Shown here: in pieces, positions 1-19,843 of the stretch
Position numbering within the stretch: position 1 is the stretch's first letter
How the letters are laid out: every line of letters begins with the position of its first letter
NCBI RefSeq assembly: GCF_009914755.1
Contig: NC_060941.1
Length of the DNA stretch: 64,000 nucleotides
Direction: 5' to 3' (one strand)
Origin: the human T2T-CHM13v2.0 reference genome, Homo sapiens
The notes under the pieces: generated by a model
The model's input: only the letters and a program-made list of their open reading frames with translations
Databases searched by the model: none
What the model was told of the DNA's origin: nothing
Position numbers and translations under genes: made by a program

Positions 1-1545
<1,545 letters not shown>

Positions 1546-2034
1546 ACCTTGCATAATTATTTGCTGATAATTTACCTACGGTATTATTTACTAATCATCT
1601 TTGATGAGACTTGAACCAGGTAGCCTCTGCTAGGGAGGGTGGGAAGGAAGAAGGCTCTGAGATGATAACCAATGGATGGGGTAAAGGGAAGTCTGTTTAA
1701 TATTTACTTAAAAGTTAATATGGACAACTGAGCAGACACTGCTTGCATCCCTGGAAGGGACTGTGTTGGGACTTATCTAGACCAGGTCTTTATGCAGAAT
1801 AAACAGATGTAAAGTGGGGCCTTTGATTCCACAGGGCTCCCCAAGGGTGCTTCATGGCAAGGTAGATAGAGATTTAAATTTAGTTTGCTGAGTTGGCTCT
1901 ACTGCTCATCTCTACCAAAACAATAGGGACCCTGTTGCATTTATGTTTGTGTATCTTTAAGCCCTAGAGGCCTCTAGCACAAGACTAGGTATTGAAATAT
2001 TAGTTGAGATAAAGGGAATAAAAGCAGCCAACAC

Positions 2035-2225
2035 ATGAGTGTTTACTATGTACCATTATCTCATTTAATCTTTACAACTCTATAAAGTAGATACTGTTAT
2101 CCCCATCTTACCAATGGAGAACTGAGAAAGGGGGGTTAATTGGCTGAGGTCATACAAGATAAATGGTATAGGTTTGACCTCAGGCAATCTGACTTTCGAG
2201 CTTGTGTGTTTAACCATTACACTAC
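2035..2225 (-). mobile_element. MIR
   Basis: ATCTCATTTAATC…ATCCCCATCTTAC…AACTGAG…TCTGACT core. Confidence 0.7.
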
Positions 2226-2597
2226 TCCATCTTCACTCCTTCATAGTCAAGGTAAGGGCAATGAATGCTCTGCAGAGAGAAGGGACTTGGCTTGAATTTT
2301 ATCCATCAAATTAACTAAGGCAACTCATTTACATTATGTCTTCCATGTTTCTCGAGGACAAGTGAAGCTCAGGGTATTAAATAATGGCTGTTAAAAAAGT
2401 ATTAAACGGAGGTTATTAAATGAGTAAATGAGTATTAAATAAAGGCTATTAAAAAGTATTCAAAAATATAAGGATGCCAAAAGGAAGTCCCTTCATTCAG
2501 CCTCACCAGTAGTTCTAGGGTTCAAGGAAGTTAAGAATCACTGCTCAAAGTCAGGCTATTTCCACAGGAAAATGAAAAGTCTTCACAGCTTACTTTC

Positions 2598-2603
2598 TTT
2601 AAT
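2598..2603 (-). terminator. Distal poly(A) signal ATTAAA
   Basis: Plus-strand tttaat; three upstream UGUA (CFIm) motifs at 2604, 2629 and 2648; U/GU-rich downstream element (CTTTTCATTTTCCTGTGG). Confidence 0.7.
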
Positions 2604-3982
2604 TACATCATAAAACAAAATTAGAACATACAAGAAACAATAATAGTTACATAACAATTTACTTTATATATTTATATATAAAAAACTTTTTTTTTTTTTT
2701 TTTAGTCCAAAGATTTTTAAAGCAAAAGGAATCCTCTACTGCCACCTCGGATTTTATTTATTTTAAATAATCCCCCTCCCCCCATCCTCAAGCGCCAAAA
2801 GTACTGGGTGGAAACAGTCACTTGGAGAGCTAATGGAACCTGGTGCTAAGTCACCCCGTAGGCAACTGTGTCGGCTCCAGAGATTGGCTAAGCATTTGGA
2901 GCAGGCCTAGTGGAGAAACAAGCAAGCAGCAGCTCTCACACACTGCAGCACTCCAGGGTAGGCCCTAAGGCTTGGGAAGGAGGGAATCAGACCCTTCAGG
3001 TCAACCACCTCTGCATTTTACCCCCTCAGGGGAGTGAGTGGGGGTGCGGGGTGCAGGGATGAAACAGAGCCTGGTATGAAGATAAAAATGTCTCCAACAG
3101 CACCATTTACCCATCCATCTCTGTCCCTGAGCAGAGTCTGACAGGCATGGGTAGTCCTCACAGTTCTCTGAGCTCTGCACAGGCCACATTATTCGGATCT
3201 GTACTCTCAGGGTCACGGGAAGGTGGGCAAAGGTGAGCAGAGCAGCTGAGAAGTGCACATGGTAGGTTACCTGGAAACAATTCCTAGGAGAAAAAAGGAG
3301 GAGGCCAGAGTAGGAAGCATCTGAAGGCCAAGTCATAAAACAGGAATGGAGAAAAACAAAATTAAGAAATGCAAAATTAAGAAGGCCGCTCTCCTCTTAC
3401 AGTCAACCTTTGGAGTGGGTAGTCACAGATACTCAGGGCTCCAAGAGCCACACCATGGTGAGAAAGGACATGGGTAGCTTCTGAGGAGCATGGTCTCGTG
3501 GATCTTGTGTATGTGCCAACAGGCTGTAAGAGTTAGAAGTTAGTGTGTAATTTGGAAGTAGGGTGAGGAGGGGAGTGAGAAGAAATCAAAAGCTCATCCC
3601 TTCCTGCACTATTAGAAATTAACAGTCATCAGAGAAGCACAGATAAATTATTCTTAAGGGCAGGAAAAAACTAATGTAAACCCAGGAAAGCAGCAGCAAA
3701 GGTTTCACTTACTAAAAATCTATTATATAGGAAAGAAAATTATTTGTCCACAGGGGAAAAAAGTAATCAAATCATGCCAGTTAGAGACTTTTTCAAGTTA
3801 AGATTTTCTAAGACCTTAGGTTTTCATTCTCTAGTGCCATAAAAAAGGAAAAGAAAAAAAAAGAGTAGAATAATGACTTCAAGGCCTGAGAAGGTTCAGG
3901 CTAAGGTAAGAAACATATATGTGTGAGCAGCAATGAGGTACAGATCTGAATTAATGAGATAATGGCAAGAGAAACTTAGTGA

Positions 3983-4264
<282 letters not shown>

Positions 4265-5074
4265 TGCAAAGTTTTCTTCTTCCAATTTAACAAAAAAGAC
4301 GTCACTTCAAAGATGATCCTTGGTTCTTGGGGCATGACAGAAGAGAAAAGGTAAATATGTCTGGATACCTCTCTTCTCCCATCTCTTCCTAGGGTAAGGA
4401 CTGTCATTTACTGCTCACTTCTCTAGTCCTAGTACCAAAACCATGCCCAGATGCAGCTGGGGTGCACTTGTGGTTCTTTCGGTGGTGCCAAAACCTATCT
4501 GTTTGACTGGTTAAGTGTGTAGAAAGTAGGAGCCCTCTTTGCCAGTAAAAAGGGGTGGAGTTGATCAGAGAGGAAAGTAAATGTACCCATGTGTGACACA
4601 GCCATCACTATGTATTCAAGACAGATGCTGTACCTGAGGCAAAGTACCCCAATTCTAGAGCTAATTATCTGCTTTATTTGAAACTTGTCTATCATTTTAC
4701 CATGCCGATTCTTCAAAATAAGACTATAAAACATAAAACAGAAAGGACTATTGATAGGATTTTGCTTGTTCATGGTTCTTTGTAAAACAGCAATAAACCA
4801 CCCTGGCTGAGGAAGCACTGAGACTCAACCTCTATAAACTGAACTTCACAAGCACTTATTTAAAAACAAGAGGCAGAGATGGAAGAAGCGCATATGGACT
4901 TTCTCTTAACATCCCACAGGGGAGCTTGCCCTAATTCTTTTTCTCCTGAAAATTAACTCTCTTGGGCTCCAAAGATCAACTCAGCTTCACCTAAGAGGTT
5001 ATGTACTGACCTTCCTAACGATCAAAGGCTTCAGAGACACTGAATTGATGCGTCTAAAAAAAATAGATACAACG

Positions 5075-5433
<359 letters not shown>

Positions 5434-5479
5434 TCACTTGCCTCTTATGGTACTTTCAGGCAGGTAGAATGTTTATCCT

Positions 5480-5783
<304 letters not shown>

Positions 5784-5881
5784 TTAGTAACCTAGTAACC
5801 TATGTTCTTTGCTGGAGAATCAAAATGTCAAGTTAGGGCACTCGGATACAACCCAATTTTATTCCTAAACTACCTGGGCTA

Positions 5882-6307
<426 letters not shown>

Positions 6308-6893
6308 TTACTGCTTTAGAATTCTTTGGTACAACATCATTAATGGGGAGAGAGGTTCTGTCTCAAGAATTCCAACCAAACATCCTACATTTCTTCTCAA
6401 ACAGGACTTGGCTAATTCACAGTGCCTGGGTTTGAGGTGGCTAAAGATTCTAGGATTGGCAGGCAGATAGAGAGGCAATCTTTTTGTAAAATGTTTCAGA
6501 GCTCAAACATATGATTGAGAAAGTCTGTCAGCCAGGAGATACAACCAGGATAAAAGCCTACCCTTAAATCATACACATAAGGAGGAATAAGGCAAAATAG
6601 AGCAATTTCCTTTAAACCCCTCCTCTCACTGGTAGCAACTGGCATGAGCCGCCTGTGACTTTCAGCACAATAAACATAAAATGGCCAAGGGTCACCCATG
6701 ACCCATGAGTGCTCTTCTCCCAACAACACAGTCACCTAAGGACATGCTGACTAAACAAGCAGGCAGGAAGCCACTCTCTTCTTTCCAGTGACACTCTCAC
6801 ACTTTCTAACAACTTCAAACCAAGACAGGTTTCATCACATATTTTGTTTAGTCCCCCATGGCATTAGTGGGCTATCAAACTAGTAACGATGCA

Positions 6894-7159
<266 letters not shown>

Positions 7160-9099
7160 ATAACAATGCATTTTACAAGGCAATTAGAAGTAATAAAAGA
7201 ATGTCGCTACTAAAACATTATGGCTATCTTGAATAACTCAAATAGTCTGGAAAGCCCAAAATGAAGCATCATAAATTTACTAGGTTTCCCTATAAAATGT
7301 TTGATACAAGGGATATGTGAAACTTCTGACTTACATGTCTGCTAAATCAACTTAATGAATGTGGAAATCAGACTAGAAATTTGCAAAAGCTACTTAAGGA
7401 ATACTTTTACCTTCAGTAAAGACAAGAGCAGAATAGGAGAAGAAAACATTTTTTACACAAAGCACAATATGCTTTCATATTCCAAATATTGGAAAAAGGG
7501 CTAAGGCCATATCCCTTTCTTCCTCATATCCAACAGTTTGCTTTTAAACTGAATTCAAATTCAGTATGCAAACACCAAAGACCACCCAATGAAAAATGGC
7601 CTGAGCCACCTAACAGTCACTGAACTTTAAGGCTGCCTTTGACAGCCCCTGGAGTAGGAGAAGGATTCAAAAAGGAAGCTAGACTTGAGACATCTGAGAG
7701 TAAATCAGCAGCATTACTGAGGGTGAGATGGAGGCTTTAAATAGAGGGAAAGGATGGGTGTGGGAAGGAAATGGTGGAAATCAGTGCAAAAATAAGCTGG
7801 AGTCAGCTCAATGGGGCTGATGAAGAGGATGAAAAGACATTGATGTAGCAAATGATGCTGGAAGATGTAAGGTATGAGATTAGGGGAAAAACTGCTTAGA
7901 AAAGAGATGATTTGGATGTTCAAGAACTTTCTCCAGAGACACTACAGTAATTCCTCCTTGCCCACCTGTAGGTTTACGGCAGTAGTTTTGAGGGTACCTT
8001 CTAACTTATCCCCAAATCTCTTCTCTCTGTTCACTGTTTTTTTCCATTATAAAAGGCATATTTTGGAGTGGCTATGAGGTTAGACAAACAGATCAATTAG
8101 CTTTTCCTGTAAAGAATTTTTCCTACATTAAGCCTTACTGAATTTTCAAAAGTATCCCAGATGTTGAGAGAGGAAGCATTATGTTCAGATGTCAGGCTCC
8201 TTTCCACCTGACCAAAACTTACCATGCTTTGTGTTCTCTCAAAGTCCTAGCATATTCATCAGCTGGTGTAGGCTGCAAATCAGCATAAAAAAATGTATTT
8301 CCTTCCAAGCTTGATAGGCCTGAAGTTTTCTTGAGAAAGGAACAAGGCTTCTGCCTGACAACATACAAGCCAGTGCTGCACATCTCTGAGTCTTCATTCT
8401 CTCTCACTTGACTCTGTTCTTGGCACAAACAGGCTGGAATTTGCCTTAATAGCAGAGATCACCAGAGCAAGTCCCCATGGACCTGCCTGTGGGTATATCC
8501 TTTGAGTAGAGAAACAGCATTTCCAAGATCATCATGAACTGATGAATAGAGTCTTTTAAACTTATCTTTTAAGTAAAGAAGTACCTTAATAGCCTCAACT
8601 TAGGCAACTCAAATCCACACTCACTAATCAATCTGGGTTTTATGGTCAATTTGTACAGGCACTAAAACAACAACAAAACACCTTAAACTTTAAAGCAGAT
8701 GGCCCCTAAATAGTTCTCTCCTTTAGTTTTGTTTGAGTAACCTAGGGATCTGAATATTATTAACCACATCTGGAAGTATGTGTGTATGCACGTATGTATT
8801 TTTATGTGTAGGGGTACAGACAAGAAACTGAGTTTCATGTTAAAAACTATATTCCTTATAAGGTAATCTGAAAGAGAATAAGGGGAAAGGGGAATGAATA
8901 AACAAGTAATCTGCGTTTTTAAAGCGGCACAATAAAACAGGATTTAAAATAAATTTAATATGATAAATATTAATGGATAGTATAGACTTCTAAGACCCTT
9001 TCATCCAATTGCCTTCTAAATCAATGGATAAATAAATCAGACTTTATTCTTATATATGCTGGTATAATCAGCAACTGCAGCATTAAAACAAACCTCTTA

Positions 9100-9252
9100 A
9101 GCTGGGTACAGTGGCACACACCTGTAGTCCCAGCTACTTGGGAGGCTGAGGTGGGAGGAAGGCTTGAGCCCAGGAGTTTGAGTCCAGGCTGGGCAAGATA
9201 GCGAGACCTCATCTCTAAAAAAATAAAATAAAATAAAATAAATAAATAAAAC
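9100..9252 (+). mobile_element. FLAM-type Alu monomer in 3'UTR
   Basis: Monomer with (TAAAA)n tail. Confidence 0.85.
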
Positions 9253-9606
9253 AAGCCTTTTAATAGTCTGGATCATATAGAAGATTAATATTATGATGGA
9301 TTGCACATTAATGTCTCAAAGGACACCCCCCGCCAAAATCACCCTACTAAAAATCACACTGGGTTTCTAATCTTGGGGTTTAGAAATTTTCTTCTTATGC
9401 TTTAAAAACTCATTTTACTTCCTTTATCCTCTGATTTTTTGGGAAGACAGAGGGTGCTTCTTCTTGGACTCTTGAGTCCTGGACACTAAATTCCTCCCTC
9501 AGTTCTAGTGCCCAGGCTAAGCAGAGACACTAAATCCCTTACTTCCTCTCAGTGTTCTCTTTCAGCTGCCTCAATGCTTCACCTGGCTACATTCATACTT
9601 CATTCA

Positions 9607-9924
<318 letters not shown>

Positions 9925-10528
9925 AGACTGGGGCAGAAAAGAGAGATGACTGACAGGTTATGGGAAGGTTCTGGCCCTTTGGGGTGCCAACACTAGATAT
10001 GAATCCATTAACACTGACATACAATTGACCAGCTGTTATAGAGCCATTCTTGTATCCCTGAAAGGCTGAAATGGGGGAAAAGAGAGAAACAGACTGGCTA
10101 GAATACACAGCTCCTCTAGTGGCATTCCTGTTAAAACAACCTCATAGGTCAGAGATGCCACTGATCACTCCTAGATTTCAGTAAATATATAATAACATTA
10201 ATCATTAATGTCTGAACTTGGGTGTTGGGGACTTTCAGGCTCTGTTTTGTGATTTATCATTTTCACTCTTTCCTAATAATACATCTCTCTCTTTCCTTAT
10301 GATACAGTTGGTGGAGTCTGACAGAAGGAAGAATATGTAGGGGGAATATTGGGGATACCATGCGAATTATCACATATCAGAAGATAAAATAGAAACCAAA
10401 AGGTAGCATCTGTTTTCATCAAAACAGTTTCTTCTCATAACTTTTCTTGCTTTCATTAGAGTTTCCTTGCAGGTTGGCAAAGATTCAGGCAGGGTCCCCT
10501 AATGGTAAAATTTAGAATTAAAAAAATA

Positions 10529-10534
10529 TTTATT
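10529..10534 (-). terminator. Candidate proximal poly(A) signal AATAAA
   Basis: Canonical hexamer ~845 nt after the stop, followed by U-rich sequence. Confidence 0.45.
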
Positions 10535-11378
10535 GATAATATCTTTTTAAAAAATGTTTGGTAATCCCAACTAATCATTCAAAATGCAAACTGTAAACAC
10601 GACAACAGCAAAAGGGTAACAATTGAGTGAGTAAGCAGACTGAACAGGTGACAGACTGAGCAAGAGTGTGGGGGGGAGCAACAGAGAATGTAAGACAGGT
10701 GCACAAGTGTGCTACAGACAGTGATAATTTGAGTGTGTAAGAATTACATTTGGACCACAGTGATTTCAAGGCAACCATTTAGGAAACCTCTGGGCCAAAT
10801 ACTAAAACACAGGAGGAATGGACGAGCCTTCTTTGTGAGCATGCTCAGCATGTTGGCATGGAAACAAGGAAGCATAGAAGCTCTTTAGTCACAATGAATG
10901 TCTACCATTTCTAAGATGCAAAGAAATTTTCTTTCTGGTCCCTGGGTACATCATATATTGTCTTTCCATGCTTTTCTTGACCCCGGAGGACAGCAGATGC
11001 TGTTCTAAAATCCCCAAAGAAACCCCTAGACAAAAATTTAAAAACCACAGTAGCATTAACACGGGGTTTGCTGGAATGCCCCTCCCTATCTTGGCCTATG
11101 ATTTTCTTATGGGCACCTCAACAGGAATGGTTAAATTTTACCAATCTACTTGATAAAAAAGCCATCACAAACTTCAGTCCCATGGTCACAAAGCTAGAGT
11201 GGATGGGGGTAAGGGTGTGTATGTGTATGTATGTGTGGCTGTGGGGATCTGGACACTGCCCTCCCTCACTTTGTAACCCTTGCTCAGAACACTGGGGTTG
11301 CTTCCACTGGAGAGACTCCACGGTAGCTCTAGAAGTGTCATTAAATACTCAGTTCGCCAAGGTTGACCACCTCCATTG

Positions 11379-11486
11379 TCATAGGATGATGCAGCATCTG
11401 CAGAAGCGCTGTCTGCTGCCCCCTACTGATGGGGGTGGAGTGACAGGTGCGAAGTAGGCGTGGACTTTAATATTGGGTAAATGGGT
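11379..11486 (-). CDS. FBXL20: FBXL20 terminal exon, coding part (THLPNIKVHAYFAPVTPPPSVGGSRQRFCRCCIIL*), ends in CaaX
   Basis: Manual translation; gtttcag| acceptor; TGA at 11379-11381. Confidence 0.97.
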   Translation of the reverse strand, partial: THLPNIKVHAYFAPVTPPPSVGGSRQRFCRCCIIL

Positions 11487-11719
11487 CTGAAACAAGACAG
11501 AAACATTAAACGTTTAAGAGAGGGCTTAAACAGAAAGAGCAATGTTGGTTCTTAGAAAAACTACCGAGGGGCTCAATGAACATAAAAGCAGGGCAAAGGC
11601 TGAGCACTGGTCAGGATGTTAGAGGGCCTGGGTTCTACTTTGTTCCATCCTAGGTTGTTCTCAATGACCAGAACAACTCATATGACTTTGGTACCTGTTT
11701 GTGTAATAATAAAACTGAG

Positions 11720-13625
<1,906 letters not shown>

Positions 13626-14092
13626 AAAGGTAAAAGTCTATGTCTACTTTACTTGTTGCCTTAAAAAATATGAATCCCAGGAAGAGGGCTCAATGTGAAA
13701 CACAATTACAAATTAAATTCTTAAATCCCATTTAACCAAACACTTTCTCTGTTATTCCTTTCTTTCCTTTAGAACAAAAATGTGGCATGTGCTTTTTTTT
13801 TTTTTTTTCTTCAATCTGGGAATGTTATTAAGCCCTAGACATTATTAGACAGACTCTGCTGGGAGGAGACCTACTTTTCTTCCCTTCAGTGGGTCTTTTC
13901 CTACTAAATTTCCATCTCTGGAGCCAGAGGGAAAAACTATCTGTCCTTAGGTTTGCACTTTTTTCTCTTTCCCTTGTTAAATGTTCAAGTAAATATAAAA
14001 ATCATAGGAACCTAAATTTGAAAAAAGGAAAAAAAAAGAGAGAAGAAAGTGCTGCTAACACTAGAGTTGGAGAGTTATGTAGCCATTTTTAC

Positions 14093-14305
14093 CCTGAGTC
14101 TCTTGATTCCAGCCCGTGTGATTTGCTGGCAGTCATAGAGTTCTATCCGCTCAAGGCTATGACAGCTCTTCAAGTGCTCCAGGGATGCATCTGTGATTAG
14201 TGGGCAGTTGTCCAGCTCAATCACCTCCAGCTGGTCATGGGCGCAGGCCCCATTCCCCAGGTGACGAATTCCATCATCTGTGATCAGCTCACAGTGAGAC
14301 AGACT
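14093..14305 (-). CDS. FBXL20: FBXL20 exon 14 (213 nt; SLSHCELITDDGIRHLGNGACAHDQLEVIELDNCPLITDASLEHLKSCHSLERIELYDCQQITRAGIKRLR)
   Basis: Manual translation; gctgcag| acceptor, AGG|GTAAAA donor. Confidence 0.97.
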
Positions 14306-15314
14306 CTGCAGCCAAATAGAGCAAGGAAGGATGTTGAAATATCTTCTGGCATTCCTCTAGCCAGAGGCTTGTGTGAATTGGAAAGGAGACATTTTGGTTT
14401 GATTTTGATGAATATGGAGCTGGCACTAGATCCACGTGGTGAAATTTAAAAAACTAGAGATAGTGGGGTTATGCTTTTGGCAATCAGTGATTGATATTTT
14501 GGTGTGTGATTCTAAATATATTTTATAAATTCATGTAATGACTATGAAGTAGTTCATAAACAAAATAAGACAGCCTTAAAAATTACCCCTTCCTCAAATT
14601 AACACTTTTCCTTCTCTACAGGGATAAATGGGAATCAAGCTTTTCATGCAGTTTTCTGGAATTTGAACTAAATATTGAATATCTGGTTCAGAGACATGCC
14701 CCAACAATTAATTAGCTGAAGATTTTTACAGCTGTCAGGTGTGATCATCTCATCATCTCTTCATCAATATTTATTAAATCCCTGATCCTGGGAAACTCAG
14801 AAAATCTTGACCCAATTTTAGATAGTACTGTGTCACCAAACACCAAAAATGAGCCTGGATACAACAGAACAGTCACTCAGAATGCCTTCCTCTAGTGTCA
14901 CTGAAAGTAGGAGCAGAACACCCCTTAGTAAAGCTTTGATTGGTTCCATTCTTACGACCAGTAACATTACATCTTAAGGTGAAGCAAATTGTATTTTGGG
15001 CAATCTGATCCCCTGGATCTCTAGAAATTTAAACATCATTCAGGTTGGAGTATAAGTTATCTACAAAAGAGAACTCATATGTTCCAAGGCAGTTTTCAGT
15101 CTTCAAGCATTGATATAGAAAACATTTAACTTTTTCAGTTCTTATCTGTTTCCTACTTCACTCATGTACTCCTTTGGTTCTCAGTAAGCTGGCAGTTTGA
15201 AGAAGCATCCTTTCCTAAAATGGTAGCCAGACACTAAGAGCTGGGTTCTTGAACTGTAGCACTGGCTTTTGATTAAACCCAGTAAACACATAAAGTTTTC
15301 AAAGTTAAACTCAC

Positions 15315-15371
15315 CAATACTTGAAGTCGAGGACAGTGTATAGAAAGTTGGATTAATGTGCTATCTGTTAT
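15315..15371 (-). CDS. FBXL20: FBXL20 exon 13 (57 nt; ITDSTLIQLSIHCPRLQVL)
   Basis: Manual translation; tctttcag| acceptor, TTG|GTGAGT donor. Confidence 0.96.
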
Positions 15372-15934
15372 CTGAAAGAAATAACGTATGTTGATTTTAG
15401 GTATAATCCAAATAAAATCCTGAGTCATACCCGATTCTTTTTTCTTTTAGTCTTGCTCTGTTGCCCAGGCTAGAGTGTAGTGGTGCAACTATAAGCTCAC
15501 TGCAGCCTAAAACTTCTGGGCTCAAGCAATCTTCCCACCTCAGCCCCCTGAGTAGCTGGGACAACAGGCACAAGCCACCAGGACTAATTTTTTAAATTAA
15601 AAAATTTTTTTTTTTTTTTTTTGTAGAGACAGGGTTTCCCTATGTTGCCCAGGCTGCTCTTGAATTCCTGAGCTCAAGCAATCCTCCACCTCAACCTCCC
15701 AAAGCTCTACAGGCCACCATGTGCGATCACAGCTCATTGCAGCCTCAACCTCCCAGGCTCAAGCCATCTTCCAGCCTCAGCCTCCTGAATGGCTGGGACA
15801 ACAGGTGTGCACCACCATGCCCAAGAAATTTAAAACTTTTTCTTGGGCAGAAACAGGGTCTTGTTATGTTACCCAGACTGGTCTTCAACTTTCAGGCTCA
15901 AGCAATCCTCCTGCCTCGCCTCACAGAGTGTTGA

Positions 15935-16499
<565 letters not shown>

Positions 16500-17007
16500 T
16501 GATCCACCTGCCTCAGGCTTCTAAAGTGCTGGGATTACAGGAGTGACCTACTATGCCCAGCCCCCATGTCTTATTCTTGACTACATTTCTAGTCCAGACA
16601 TTTTAATAATCAATCATCAAATAACAGAATCTTTCGGTTTAAATCCCATTGGCTACCTGAACCTGTTCTATGAGAATCCACTCAGGCTACATTTGAACAC
16701 ATCTAGTCATCTCTAGTCTTCATCTTTAGACAGCTCTATTCAAAATCTGTTTTATTTTTTAAATGAATCAAAATCTGTCCCCTTGGTAGCTAGTTGTAGT
16801 GGCTTGCGCCTATAGTCCCAACAATGCTTGGGAGGCTGAGGCAGGAGGATTGCTTGAGGTTAGAAATTCAAGACCAGTCTGAGCAGGGCCAGACATGGTA
16901 GTTCACGCTTGTAATCCCAGCACTTTGGGAAGCTGAGGCTGGTGGATCACCTGAAGTCAGGAGTTCGAGACCAGCCTGGACAACATGTTGAAACCCTGTC
17001 TCTACTA

Positions 17008-17262
<255 letters not shown>

Positions 17263-17291
17263 CTAAAAAAATCTGTCCCCCAGAACCTCTA

Positions 17292-17409
17292 CTTGCTGGA
17301 CTTTGTTCTATCTCCTTAGAATCATCAGAGAAAGGAATCAGACGATAGTGCTTGCTGGACTTTGTTCTGTCTCCTTAGAATAATCAGAGAAAGGAATCAG
17401 AAGATAGTG
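17292..17409. repeat. 59-bp tandem duplication (2 copies, 3 mismatches)
   Basis: CTTGCTGGACTTTGTTCT…GATAGTG at 17292 and 17351. Confidence 0.95.
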
Positions 17410-18066
17410 CAGTGCTCTATGAAAAAAATTAATGTTGGAACATCCTAAAATTTTTAATAAAGCATGCCACTACTCAGTATCGATAACTTGGGTTATTTTC
17501 CCAAGGGTGGCAGCCAGGCACTGCTGGAATCTGGGTTAACCAAGAATATTCAGGTAGGAAGAACAGTTTTCATGGTTATGTTAGGACTGAAAGTAAATCA
17601 GCACTTCTTTTCAAATTCTTCTCCAACTCTGAGTTTATTATTTTCTACTACACATAGCTTCACAGGGGCTACAAAATGGTAGAGAAAGGGGGTGGGCGAG
17701 CAGGCAGGCATGTCCGTTCAGAAGGAATAACACTGGAAGGGACATAGAGGACACTCAGGCATGTATAAGAGATAAACGGATGCGAACAAGTTTTAGTTTA
17801 GTAAGAACTAATAGCTGTTAAGTAGTGCCTATAAAACAAAAAATTTTTTAGAAAGTGGCTTTTACAGTTACTGACATATCTCGCCTTCTTTATTTTTACC
17901 ATTAAAAAATTAATTGCTCTTTCTTTTGTGGAGTCCCATGTTCGAAGTTTTTCCTTGGTCAATTAATAATCTCAAAGTTCTTAAAATTGTGTTAATGTGG
18001 CTCACGTCTGTAATCCCAGCACTTTGGGAGGGCGAGCCAAGTGGATCACCTGAGGTCAGGAGTTCA

Positions 18067-18267
<201 letters not shown>

Positions 18268-18742
18268 TCAAAAAAATAATAATAATAATTAAAAAATAAA
18301 AACTGTTAATCAGGAGATCAGTTTGGCTTAAAGGCAGAGTTCCATGCAGAGTCAGGTCTCCAGGGCTAACGATGCCAGGGATCTAGGATACAGCAAAGCT
18401 AAAGAAAGGCAGTGCTATATAGATCAGTGTGATGGGGCTTTAATTATTTACTAGCATCATAACTCTACAGGTCTAAGGAAATATTTTTAACAGCTTTACA
18501 GCCTGAATGCTTGGGCCTCCTTTCTCTCTAATGGCAACCTGATTGATGGCATATATTTCCACAGTTCTGCAACACATACCATGAGCACCTCTGCCTGGAA
18601 GATACCTTACTTAATGGGGAATCTGCAATGCTGTCAGGCACTACAGTATCCTACACTAGGGTAGGGAATTGCACATTCTGATGTTGTGTATTATCTAAGT
18701 GTCTACTATACTGTATTTCTGAATTAAAATCTACAATCTTAC

Positions 18743-18787
18743 CTGAACACACTCTTCCAGGTCCATCTTTTCAAGTTCATGGCAATT
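18743..18787 (-). CDS. FBXL20: FBXL20 exon 12 (45 nt; NCHELEKMDLEECVQ)
   Basis: Manual translation; tttgtag| acceptor, CAG|GTAAGA donor. Confidence 0.96.
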
Positions 18788-19340
18788 CTACAAAGTACAA
18801 AAACAAACACAAACATTACAGTACAAACATTTAAAACATGAGAAACTTTTAAGGACAGAAAACTAAGAGGTAATATTAAATACGTTGATAAATTCTTTGG
18901 GGTTTCAGAGCTAGTGTCATGCTACTTTTTTTTTCTTTCTTTTGAGACAAGGTCTCACTCTGTCACCCAGGTTGGAGTGCAGTGGTGAAATCATGGCTCA
19001 CTGCAGCCTCCAACTCCCTGGGCTCAGGTGATTCTCCCACCTCAGCCTCCCAATTAGCTGGGACTATAGGAATGTGCCACCACACCTGGCTAATTTTTGT
19101 ATTTCTTTTCTTTTTTTTTTCTTTTTGAGATGGAGTCTGGCTCTTGTCACCTAGGCTGGAATGCAGTGGCATGATCTCGGCTCACGGCAAGCTCTACCTC
19201 CCGGGTTCACGCCATTCTCCTGCCTCAGCCTCCTGAGTAGCTGGGACTAGAGGCGCCCGCCACCACGCCTGGCTAATTTTTTGCATTTTTAGTAGAGACG
19301 GGGTTTCACCATGTTAGCCAGGATGGTCTCGATCTCCTGA

Positions 19341-19843
<503 letters not shown>

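Noticed and set aside
3028-3058. G-quadruplex-like tract
   Set aside because: The G-rich strand is the template strand, so there is no RNA G4 in the mRNA; weak without data
13889-14449. Plus-strand ORFs antisense to exon 14 (also 11068-11457, 32697-33074, 48905-49105, 50834-51070)
   Set aside because: Shadow ORFs opposite coding exons; no recognisable protein
17292-17409. CRISPR-like repeat
   Set aside because: Two adjacent copies with no spacer in human DNA; a simple tandem duplication
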